Of a stretch of DNA of 62,802 nucleotides, positions 36,920 to 45,803 are shown piece after piece (position 1 is the stretch's first letter; every line of letters begins with the position of its first letter). Below the pieces are notes generated by a model. That model ran no database searches. It was given only the letters and a program-made list of their open reading frames with translations, and was not told the DNA's origin. This DNA comes from an uncultured Bacteroidales bacterium (GTDB lineage Bacteria; Bacteroidota; Bacteroidia; Bacteroidales; UBA12077): positions 1 through 62,802 of the forward strand of contig CAYVEW010000005.1 of the NCBI GenBank assembly GCA_964450375.1, written 5' to 3'. The translations under genes were made by a program, and so were the position numbers.

Positions 36920-38476
36920 TTAAATATTATTATTGATTTTACGTTGCACTTTCTCTTTTATTATTTCCTGTATTTTACGATTTTCGATTTTGCTTTCGAG
37001 CCACGAAACAATATCGAAGTAGATAAACGACCTGCGCTCGTAGAATTTATCATTTAAAGGAATTAGCTGCTCTCGTAAATCTTTGAAAGCATCTGTTAAC
37101 TGATCTCGCGTAATAGAGCTCAGTTTTCTTAAAAATTTCATAATGATTTTCTGAAACAGGTGCAAATCATTTTTCTTTATCAGGAATCGATAAGTTGAAC
37201 GGATATAATAATCGACTAAATCGATATTGCCCAGTTCGTAATGACTGATCAGGTTCAGAATGCGCGCAAAGCCATGAATGTCGGAACGTAAATCAACATC
37301 TTTCATATTAATGATTTTATTCAACCAAAAAACTACCTGCCGGTAATTATCGTCGCCAAAGTACATGCAGGCAAATTTGTAATAAAAAATGGTGATGTAA
37401 TTTGTATCGAGTAGATGTTCAAAATCTTCCAGGCTATCGGCTATTTCAGGAATTATTTTTGATCCTTCGGTAAATTCGCCCAACATAAAATAGCGGTTTA
37501 TTTTATGTGTAGCCGAATATTTAAATAACAATAATCGAATGTTTTCGGTTAGTTTAAAATCAGTATTGTTTTTTATGGCATCCAACTTTTGAATGGTTAT
37601 AATAAACTCATCGTATTTATGCAATTTATTTTGTGCCACCAGCAAATTATTGATCGCACGAATGTACATTTCCAGTTTGGGAACAATTACATCGGGCTGA
37701 TCATCAAATAAGCCAAGCCATTTTTTTGCATATTCATAGCCACGCTCAAAATCCTGAATAAAAAAGTAATATCCTACAAACGAATTGTATAAATACATTT
37801 TTTCGTCGAACGAAAGCTTATCTTCCTGAAAAACCGGAAGTGTTGAATATAAAAAGCTGTTAACCAGCTCAAAGTCTTTGTGGTTACGTAAAAAGCCGAT
37901 TTTCAGATAGAAGGAGTACAGTTTAATGGTTAAGTTTGAAAAGGTGCTGATGTTATTAATTTTTTCGTTGATATGATCTGAAGCTTTAATTAAAGAGCTT
38001 ACTTTATCTTCAATATTTGTACGGATGTATTTTGTAACCAATCTTTTTTCGAATTCGGTTATTTCCAGTAAAAGCAGGTTTTTGTCGTGCTTCTCGGCAG
38101 TTTGCTTTGCTTTCTCGAGCATCTTCACACACTGGTCGTACATGCATTTATTGTAAAGGATAGTGGAATGATCTAATAGCTCGCGTATTTGTATATCAAT
38201 ATCCTCGTCGGGATTAAAACTGCGCAGGCTTTTAAGAACCTGCCGGAATAAATGTGCCTTTAAATTCGATATTTGTTGTGCTTTGATGCCAGGTTCTTTT
38301 TCAATTATTTTCGACTCGTTGTATACTTTTTGTTTGTCGATTAAGTCGAAAAGCTTAATAAACTTAGCATCTTCGAATGCTTTTTGTTTCGATGTATATA
38401 CTTTAAAATATCTTTTCTCTGCTTTGGTAAGCGATTTAATTAACTGAAATAAGGGGTCGTTATTATTGTTAGCCAT
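36920..38476 (-). CDS. Conserved Bacteroidetes helical-repeat (TPR-like) hypothetical protein
   Basis: N-terminal LFQLIKSLTK.EKRYFK motif; predicted all-helical with a TPR-like pattern; C-terminal F.YFDIVSW.ESK. Confidence 0.75.
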   Translation of the reverse strand: MANNNNDPLFQLIKSLTKAEKRYFKVYTSKQKAFEDAKFIKLFDLIDKQKVYNESKIIEKEPGIKAQQISNLKAHLFRQVLKSLRSFNPDEDIDIQIRELLDHSTILYNKCMYDQCVKMLEKAKQTAEKHDKNLLLLEITEFEKRLVTKYIRTNIEDKVSSLIKASDHINEKINNISTFSNLTIKLYSFYLKIGFLRNHKDFELVNSFLYSTLPVFQEDKLSFDEKMYLYNSFVGYYFFIQDFERGYEYAKKWLGLFDDQPDVIVPKLEMYIRAINNLLVAQNKLHKYDEFIITIQKLDAIKNNTDFKLTENIRLLLFKYSATHKINRYFMLGEFTEGSKIIPEIADSLEDFEHLLDTNYITIFYYKFACMYFGDDNYRQVVFWLNKIINMKDVDLRSDIHGFARILNLISHYELGNIDLVDYYIRSTYRFLIKKNDLHLFQKIIMKFLRKLSSITRDQLTDAFKDLREQLIPLNDKFYERRSFIYFDIVSWLESKIENRKIQEIIKEKVQRKINNNI

Positions 38477-38592
38477 TGTAATTTTAAAATTGATGTGTTT
38501 CGATATAATGTTTTAATAATCAAATATTAATAAAAATTTTAAAAGAGCTTAAATACCTATTAGGCATCGTAAATATGCAAATAATTTGTTTT

Positions 38593-38619
38593 AATACTAA
38601 AAATACTAAAAATACTTTT
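38593..38619. repeat. Three 9-bp direct repeats in a divergent intergenic region
   Basis: AATACTAAA AATACTAAA AATACTTTT. Confidence 0.6.
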
Positions 38620-38688
38620 GGTCGGTCGAGTAAGGAATGTTGATGAAACAAAAGTAAACAAAAATTTAAAAAACCAAATTTTATTACA

Positions 38689-39216
38689 ATGAGTTTTTCT
38701 AAAGTATCTACCTTAACATCAGGCGTTTTAGCTATTGCTAACAATGCTATGATTAATAATAAAGAAAATATTGTTTTGGACAGCGTGAATTCGTATCCGG
38801 GAAACGTGGAAAATATTCTGGTTATCGATAAGAATTTTAATGATATAGCTAATTACGATGATTTAATTGAATCGATTTATCAAATGGGTTTTCGGATTAT
38901 TATATCGGATACTTTTACCAATATTTTTACCGCCAAAGCAATAAGTTACGGGATTTTAACTATTGAAGTAACACGTGCTTTTATTGATAAGCTGGTTGAT
39001 TTAAGCAAATCATCGTCGATTAAATTATTTGTTGATGTACAGGGGCAGGAGGTGATGATTATTAATTCGGGCGAAAAAGAATTTTTTGAGTTAAGCGATT
39101 ATTGCAAGGAAAATCTTGATAGTGGCAGGGATGATGTGGAGAATTTGTATTCGGTATGGGATGATATGCATAATTATTATAAAAAGGAAGAAGTATTCGA
39201 TTACGCTATAGAATAA
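38689..39216 (+). CDS. Degenerate LeuD-like (aconitase swivel domain) protein
   Basis: ILVIDKNF, GFRIIISDTFTNIF, VDVQGQEV and FELSDYCKENLDSGRDDV align by eye to LeuD; the DTDxIIP and GSSREHA motifs are absent. Confidence 0.75.
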   Translation: MSFSKVSTLTSGVLAIANNAMINNKENIVLDSVNSYPGNVENILVIDKNFNDIANYDDLIESIYQMGFRIIISDTFTNIFTAKAISYGILTIEVTRAFIDKLVDLSKSSSIKLFVDVQGQEVMIINSGEKEFFELSDYCKENLDSGRDDVENLYSVWDDMHNYYKKEEVFDYAIE

Positions 39217-39264
39217 CATAAACGTTTTTTTTGATTTTCATTATTGTAGTTTTTGCGAACAATG

Positions 39265-39296
39265 GAGTCGGCTAATTTTAGCCGGCTTCTTTTTTT
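39265..39296. terminator. Terminator between convergent genes
   Basis: gtcggcta...tagccggc stem followed by a T tract. Confidence 0.65.
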
Positions 39297-39915
39297 AAAA
39301 AGTAATGACCAGAGCTAATTGCGGGACTTGTGTTTTAGGATCCACCCGAACATCAACATTTAACGAAGTTATTTTTGGTAATTTCTGGTTTAAAATTCCC
39401 TGGTTAAAATCGTGCAACGAACGGTAAAGGAAAGTTTTCGAGAGCACATGATAGGTTAGGGTACCCGTTAAAAATACAATGATGGATGCGGTTAAATAAC
39501 CGCTTTCTTCTTCGGTGTAGATACTTTCATCAATGGTTGAAACGCCTGTGCTGCTATCTTTTTTACCCGGATCGTAAGTATAGTGTTTGTAAGCCAGCAG
39601 CGGAGCAATAACCCACATTTGAGCCAAACCTGCTAATCGGGTGTATTTATATAAGTTAATATTTTGTGTAGCGATGGAATCAGAAAGCAAATAAGGCTTC
39701 ACATTCCCACCTAACATACCAACCCGTTCCCAGTTTTCTCCCTGGTTGGTTGAGAACTCTTGTTTAACCAAAAACAGCGGTGTTAATAAAATCCATTTGG
39801 TATTGTTTCGATAGTAAATGGAGTCAATCGACTTTTCTTTAATTGTAATCTGAGAATAAGTTGATTGCAAGAAAAAAGCAGATAATATAGATATCAAAAA
39901 AAGTTTCTTCACCAT
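39295..39915 (-). CDS. Hypothetical exported/membrane protein
   Basis: Signal peptide (…QSTYS-Q) plus two further hydrophobic segments. Start moved to ATG 39915. Confidence 0.65.
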   Translation of the reverse strand: MVKKLFLISILSAFFLQSTYSQITIKEKSIDSIYYRNNTKWILLTPLFLVKQEFSTNQGENWERVGMLGGNVKPYLLSDSIATQNINLYKYTRLAGLAQMWVIAPLLAYKHYTYDPGKKDSSTGVSTIDESIYTEEESGYLTASIIVFLTGTLTYHVLSKTFLYRSLHDFNQGILNQKLPKITSLNVDVRVDPKTQVPQLALVITF

Positions 39916-40004
39916 GTTCAATTTATTAAAAGTTAAAGGTATAAAAAGCATTTAGATTGACTATACCATTTCTCTTAATTTATGACGAAATTTCTTTGCA
40001 AATA

Positions 40005-41255
40005 TTATATGTCCAATAAAATTTCATCAGCACTTTTTTCTCCTAAAAGCATTTTATAAGGCGATTCCAGTAGTTCTTTTAATTTAACAAGAAATCCCAC
40101 AGAATCTTTACCATCAATCGTTCTATGGTCGTATGATAAAGCTATATACATCATGGGTCTGATTTCTACTTTGCCATTTACTGCAATGGGACGTTCCTGA
40201 ATGTTGTGCATTCCTAAAATTCCCGATTGTGGTGGGTTTAAAATAGGCGTAGAAAGTAATGATCCGAATACACCACCATTGGTTATGGTGAATGTACCAC
40301 CCGTTAAATCATCCAGTGAGATTTTTCCTGATCGACCCTTATCGGCTAATCGTTTTATCTCAATTTCCAGTTCGGCTAAATTCTTAGTTTCTGCATTTCG
40401 AACAACAGGAACCATTAATCCTTTGGGTGTTTGAACTGCGATTCCTATATCTGCATATTCAGGATATATAATATCTTCACCATCGATTTGTGAGTTTACC
40501 GAAGGGAAAGCTTTTAAAGCAATGGTAACCGCTTTTGTAAAGAACGACATAAAACCTAGCTTGGTTCCATGCTTTTCTACAAATTGTTTCTGGAACTTAG
40601 ATCTTAAATTCATTATTTCAGTCATATCTACTTCGTTAAAAGTAGTTAGCATGGCTGTTTCGTTTTTTACCGAAACTAAACGCTCGCTTAATTTCTTGCG
40701 AAGTTGTGACATTTTCTTACGTTCAATTTCTCGGCTTGCTTCAGTTCTTTGTTCTATGTTATGTTTTGTTGTCTTTTGAGAAAGAACTTGCTCGACTTCG
40801 GTTCTTCCAATACGCTTTAGCCCATTGATAACATCATCTAAATTGATATTATTTTCGCTCATAAGCTTTTGTGCTACTGGTGAAATTTTAATATTTTTAT
40901 ATTCCTCTGATTTATCAACTGGAATATTTTCTTTTTGCTCTGTTTTTTGTGGCTTTTCTTTTGATTCGTTCTGTTCCGACTTTTCTTCTGTAGGTTTAAC
41001 TTCTTTTTTCTCTGGAGCTTTAGCACTTTCGTCAATCTTACAAGCAATAGCACCAACTTTTATGGTTTCACCAGCTTGGGCAAGAATTTCAATGGTGCCA
41101 CTTTCAGATGCCATCAGTGGCAGTGTGGCTTTATCAGATTCTATCTCAGCAATTTCCTGATCTTTTTCTACATAATCGCCATTATCGACCAGCCAGTTCG
41201 ATATTTCTACTTCGGTTATTGATTCTCCGGGACTTGGTATTTTTATTTCAATCAT
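40005..41255 (-). CDS. sucB: 2-oxoglutarate dehydrogenase E2 (dihydrolipoamide succinyltransferase)
   Basis: Lipoyl motif [39 protein letters not shown] and [10 protein letters not shown]. Confidence 0.97.
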   Translation of the reverse strand: MIEIKIPSPGESITEVEISNWLVDNGDYVEKDQEIAEIESDKATLPLMASESGTIEILAQAGETIKVGAIACKIDESAKAPEKKEVKPTEEKSEQNESKEKPQKTEQKENIPVDKSEEYKNIKISPVAQKLMSENNINLDDVINGLKRIGRTEVEQVLSQKTTKHNIEQRTEASREIERKKMSQLRKKLSERLVSVKNETAMLTTFNEVDMTEIMNLRSKFQKQFVEKHGTKLGFMSFFTKAVTIALKAFPSVNSQIDGEDIIYPEYADIGIAVQTPKGLMVPVVRNAETKNLAELEIEIKRLADKGRSGKISLDDLTGGTFTITNGGVFGSLLSTPILNPPQSGILGMHNIQERPIAVNGKVEIRPMMYIALSYDHRTIDGKDSVGFLVKLKELLESPYKMLLGEKSADEILLDI

Positions 41256-41311
41256 AATCTAGTTTAAAGTTTAAAGTTCAATGTTTCAAATCTGGAATCT
41301 GAAATCTGAAA
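41256..41311. repeat. Degenerate heptamer array (8 units) filling the sucA-sucB gap
   Basis: Minus strand TTTCAGA TTTCAGA TTCCAGA TTTGAAA CATTGAA CTTTAAA CTTTAAA CTAGATT. Confidence 0.75.
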
Positions 41312-44113
41312 TCAAAGATACGTATGTTGTTCTCTGATTTCAATTCGTTCACTTCCTTTTTCGCATTGTAAACCACAATATTTGTTTTTCAGCTCGCAGG
41401 TACATTTCCTGAAAATCTTACCAATAATTTCTTCCTGGCCTAAAACATGTAATTTATTTAACCCCACAGCCGGACTTCCACTTGCCAGGCGAGCAACTAC
41501 CTGCAAATTATTCATTTTCATTTTTTCATTTACATAGCGCCATGCTCCCATGTTTTCGGGTTCTTCCTGTGCCCAAATCCACCTTCGGGTATTTGGATAT
41601 TTCTTAATAATTTCCTGTATTTGTTTTTCGGGCCAGGGGTGTAGCTGTTCAATCCTTACCAGTGCTATATCGCGTGCATTAAATTCTTCTTTTTTGGCCA
41701 GTAAATCGTAATAAATTTTTCCGGTACAAAAAACAACTCTTCTCACTTCATTTTGATCTACCTGATTATCATCAATAACTTCCTGAAAACGGCCAGTTGA
41801 TAAATCGTTTAAAGATGAAGTGCACTTCGGATGACGAAGCAGGCTTTTGGGAGTAAAAATAATTAAAGGAATGGTAAAATCGCGATGCACTTGTCGGCGC
41901 AAAACATGAAAAAAGTTTGCGGGTGTGGTGGCATTCACAACTTGCATATTATTATTGGCACAAAGTGATAGAAAACGTTCCATCCGTGCACTGGAGTGTT
42001 CCGGTCCCTGACCTTCGTAACCGTGTGGAAGAAACAAGGTCAAGCCATTCATTAATCCCCACTTTTCTTCGGCCGAACTAATGTATTGATCAATAATAAC
42101 CTGGGCAACATTGTTAAAATCACCAAACTGGGCTTCCCAAATGGTTAAACCGTTTGGAACCGATAAAGCATAACCATATTCAAAACCCAATACACCGTAT
42201 TCTGATAACGGCGAATTAAATACATGAAACGGAGCCTGATCTTCGCTCACATGTTTTAAAGGAATGTATTTTTGGTCGGTATCTTCTATGGTTAAAGTCG
42301 AATGTCGGTGCGAAAAAGTACCACGTTCTGAATCCTGCCCGCTTAATCTCACCGGATAACCTTCGGTAACCAGGCTGCCATAAGCAAGCAACTCAGCCAT
42401 TGCCCAGTCGAGTTTCTCGTTTTTAATCATCTCGTTACGATCGTCCAGCAATTTTTGTGCTTTTTTAAAGATCTTTAAATCTTTTGGCAAGTGATTCAAT
42501 TTATGAGCAATTGCTTTTAATAAGATTTTTTCTACACCAGTTTCCGGCGATACGTCAAACTCAGCATCTTCGGCATGGTGATATTTCTGCCAATCTTCAA
42601 TTAAAAATTGCTTGATATGAAGTTTCTCGGATTTTTTTGCTATTTCAAGTTTTTCTTCGAGCAACTGATTGTATTCTTTTTCGATGCTTTTTATATCATC
42701 TTTGGAGTAGATCTTTTCATCCATTAAGAAACTCGCATAAATATCTCTAGGGTTTGGATGCTTACTTATTTCTTTATATAACAATGGTTGGGTAAATCGA
42801 GGTTCGTCGCCTTCGTTATGGCCAAACTTACGATAACAAAGAATATCGATAAAAACATCGGTATGAAACGTAAATCGGTACTCCATAGCCAAACGAATGG
42901 TATAAATCAGTGCTTCCACATCATCTCCATTTACATGGAAAATAGGTGCTTTTATCACTTTGCCAATATCGGTGCAATATGTGCTCGAACGGGCATCCAG
43001 GTAATTGGTGGTAAAGCCAACCTGGTTGTTAATTACCAAATGAATGGTTCCTCCTGTTCGGTATCCTTTTAATTGTGACATCTGGATGGTTTCATACACA
43101 ACACCCTGGCTTGCGATGGCAGCATCGCCATGAATAATTATAGGAGCCAGCTTATCGTAATTGTGTTGATATTTATCCCATATTTTTGCTTTGGCAATTC
43201 CTTGCACAATGGGGCCAACCGTTTCTAAATGCGATGGATTCGGTGCTAAATTTAGCCTTACCTTTTTGCCACTATCCGTGCTCACGGTATTGCCATAACC
43301 CAGGTGATATTTTACATCTCCTAAGGCAATTTCTTCTTCGTATTCTTCTCCTAGAAATTCAGCAAAAATATCTTCTACCGGTTTTTCCAAAATATTGGCA
43401 AGCACATTTAAACGCCCTCGGTGCGACATTCCGATGATGAATTCTTCAATACCTAATTCAGCCCCTTTTTCAATAACAGCATCCAGCGCAGGGATTAAAG
43501 ACTCAGCTCCTTCGAGCGAGAATCGCTTTTGTCCGACGAATTTTTTATGTATAAAATTTTCGAAACCAACAGCTTGTTTTAGGTGATGATAAATATGTTT
43601 GCGCTCTTTATCGGTAAAAGAAGGAATGTTTTTTACCGGTTCCATTTTTTGCTGTAGCCAGCTTACAATTTCAGGATTTCGAATAAACATGTATTCAGCT
43701 CCAATAGATTGACAGTAAGTTGTTTCCAGGTGTTCTATGATTTTTTCCAAAGTGGCAGGGCCTATCCCTATTTTTTTTCCGGCCTGGAAGCTTTTCTTCA
43801 GATCTTCTTTGGTGAGTCCGTAGTTCTCAATGGCCAAAGTTGGTGAATAAGTGCGTCTGCTCCGAACAGGGTTTGTTTTGGTAAAAAGATGCCCGCGTTT
43901 TCGGTATCCTTCAATCAGGTTAATTACTTTAAATTCATTGTCGAATAGTTCGTCGGAAGAATTACCGACAGGAAAATTTTTTTGAGCAAATTCAAAGCCT
44001 TCAAAAAACTTTTGCCATTGTGAATCTACTGAGTCCGGATCCGATTGATATTGTTCGTATAATTTATCTATTGAGTCGATTTCTGAATTACCAATAAAAG
44101 AGAATTTGTCCAT
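41312..44113 (-). CDS. sucA: 2-oxoglutarate dehydrogenase E1
   Basis: KRFSLEGAES, GMSHRGRLN, GDVKYHLG, NPSHLE, HGDAAIASQG, WEAQFGDF and PHGYEGQGPEHSS motifs. Confidence 0.98.
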   Translation of the reverse strand: MDKFSFIGNSEIDSIDKLYEQYQSDPDSVDSQWQKFFEGFEFAQKNFPVGNSSDELFDNEFKVINLIEGYRKRGHLFTKTNPVRSRRTYSPTLAIENYGLTKEDLKKSFQAGKKIGIGPATLEKIIEHLETTYCQSIGAEYMFIRNPEIVSWLQQKMEPVKNIPSFTDKERKHIYHHLKQAVGFENFIHKKFVGQKRFSLEGAESLIPALDAVIEKGAELGIEEFIIGMSHRGRLNVLANILEKPVEDIFAEFLGEEYEEEIALGDVKYHLGYGNTVSTDSGKKVRLNLAPNPSHLETVGPIVQGIAKAKIWDKYQHNYDKLAPIIIHGDAAIASQGVVYETIQMSQLKGYRTGGTIHLVINNQVGFTTNYLDARSSTYCTDIGKVIKAPIFHVNGDDVEALIYTIRLAMEYRFTFHTDVFIDILCYRKFGHNEGDEPRFTQPLLYKEISKHPNPRDIYASFLMDEKIYSKDDIKSIEKEYNQLLEEKLEIAKKSEKLHIKQFLIEDWQKYHHAEDAEFDVSPETGVEKILLKAIAHKLNHLPKDLKIFKKAQKLLDDRNEMIKNEKLDWAMAELLAYGSLVTEGYPVRLSGQDSERGTFSHRHSTLTIEDTDQKYIPLKHVSEDQAPFHVFNSPLSEYGVLGFEYGYALSVPNGLTIWEAQFGDFNNVAQVIIDQYISSAEEKWGLMNGLTLFLPHGYEGQGPEHSSARMERFLSLCANNNMQVVNATTPANFFHVLRRQVHRDFTIPLIIFTPKSLLRHPKCTSSLNDLSTGRFQEVIDDNQVDQNEVRRVVFCTGKIYYDLLAKKEEFNARDIALVRIEQLHPWPEKQIQEIIKKYPNTRRWIWAQEEPENMGAWRYVNEKMKMNNLQVVARLASGSPAVGLNKLHVLGQEEIIGKIFRKCTCELKNKYCGLQCEKGSERIEIREQHTYL

Positions 44114-44359
44114 GATTTGTTTTTTAAATCAGACTAAAGAATAAAACATGTTTTTTGTTTAACTTCTGTCTTTCTAATTATAAACTTATTGTTAATCATC
44201 AAAATAAGTAAAATCAAACTATACAGTATATTTTTTATTGTTTTAACTGCAAAATACAGATTTTATAGCATTGAACAAAAAATAAAAAGGAATGTTTACA
44301 AGTAACAAACAATTTATTTAACAAAATTTAATTGGTCTTTAATTTCAAATTATAAGTAA

Positions 44360-45481
44360 ATGATTATAGGAATATTAAAAGAACCGGATTTTGACAAGCG
44401 TGTTTCGATCTTACCTGAAAATATTGAGAAACTTGTTCAGCTAAAAGTATCTGTTGAAGTTGAAAGTGATGCAGGTATTAATGCATTTTATTCTAATCAG
44501 GATTATGTGGATGTGGGGGCAAAAATAGCAGATAGAGAAGAGATACTATCCCAAGCCGATTTGATTATAAGTATTAATCCACTGGACAAGAAGGAATATT
44601 CGCTTTTAAAACCAAAGCAAGCTGTTTTAACAGCTTTTAGTCCGCTTATAAATAAAGAACAGGTAGAAGATTTTTTAAGGGGCGACATAACATCTTTTAG
44701 TATGGATATGGTTCCCCGAACCACCAGGGCTCAATCGATGGATATATTATCGTCGATGGCAACAGTAGCAGGATATAAAGCGGTGTTGTTAGCAGCGAAT
44801 CATTTGCCATCATTTTTTCCGATGTTTATGACCGCTGCCGGTACAATCCGACCATCGAAAGTATTGGTTCTCGGAGCAGGAGTGGCAGGTTTACAGGCAA
44901 TTGCTACTGCAAAAAAGTTAGGGGCTGTGGTTGAAGCTTTTGACGTTCGACCTGCGGTAAAGGAAGAAGTACAAAGTTTAGGTGGTAAATTTATTGAAGT
45001 GGAAGGCGCAAAAGACGATGCTGCTGCAGGCGGATATGCAGTTGAGCAAACCGAGGAGTATAAACAGAAACAACAACAGCTTATACAGGATCATGTAAAA
45101 AAGGCAAATGTGGTAATTACTACAGCACAAATTCCCGGACGAAAGGCTCCGGTTTTAATCACTAAAAACACAGTAGAGAATATGTTGCCGGGTTCCGTTA
45201 TTGTTGATTTAGCTGCATCTACCGGTGGAAACTGTGAGCTAACAAAAAATAACGAAATTGTAGAAATTAACCAGATAAAGATTATCGGGAACTCAAATTT
45301 GTCAAGCGAAATCCCTGCCGATGCCAGTAAAATGTATGGAAACAATATCATCAACTTTTTAAAACTAATCATTAATGATGAGGGAAATTTAAAGTTGGAT
45401 TTTACCGATGAGATTGTTGCAGGAACTTGTATTACACATCATAAAGAGATTATTAACGAACGTGTTAAATCAACAAATTAA
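44360..45481 (+). CDS. pntA: NAD(P) transhydrogenase alpha subunit, part 1 (domain I)
   Basis: RAQSMDILSSM, MTAAGTI, VLGAGVAGLQA and DLAASTGGNC motifs. Confidence 0.96.
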   Translation: MIIGILKEPDFDKRVSILPENIEKLVQLKVSVEVESDAGINAFYSNQDYVDVGAKIADREEILSQADLIISINPLDKKEYSLLKPKQAVLTAFSPLINKEQVEDFLRGDITSFSMDMVPRTTRAQSMDILSSMATVAGYKAVLLAANHLPSFFPMFMTAAGTIRPSKVLVLGAGVAGLQAIATAKKLGAVVEAFDVRPAVKEEVQSLGGKFIEVEGAKDDAAAGGYAVEQTEEYKQKQQQLIQDHVKKANVVITTAQIPGRKAPVLITKNTVENMLPGSVIVDLAASTGGNCELTKNNEIVEINQIKIIGNSNLSSEIPADASKMYGNNIINFLKLIINDEGNLKLDFTDEIVAGTCITHHKEIINERVKSTN

Positions 45482-45487
45482 ATAAAA

Positions 45488-45796
45488 ATGGAAGCAATTC
45501 TTGAATTTATATACGTAAATGCCGAAGCAATTTTTATTGTTATACTATCAGTATTTTTAGGCATTGAAGTAATATCGCATGTGCCTGCGGTGTTGCATAC
45601 TCCCTTAATGTCTGGTGCCAATGCAATTCACGGAGTAGTTATTATAGGGGCTATTATTGTATTGGGTCATGCAGAAACAACACTTAATCTTATTCTGGGA
45701 TTTTTAGCTGTTTTTCTTGGAACGCTTAATGTAGTCGGGGGATTTGTGGTAACCGACCGAATGTTAGATATGTTTAAAAAGAAACCTAAAAAATAA
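45488..45796 (+). CDS. NAD(P) transhydrogenase alpha subunit, part 2 (membrane)
   Basis: LHTPLMSGANAIHG and NVVGGFVVTDRMLDMFK motifs. Confidence 0.96.
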   Translation: MEAILEFIYVNAEAIFIVILSVFLGIEVISHVPAVLHTPLMSGANAIHGVVIIGAIIVLGHAETTLNLILGFLAVFLGTLNVVGGFVVTDRMLDMFKKKPKK

Positions 45797-45803
45797 CTAA
45801 GCC

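Noticed and set aside
44285-44310. Possible Rex/FNR box (tgtttacaagtaaca) upstream of pntA
   Set aside because: Only a 4-bp dyad in very AT-rich DNA; too weak to call.
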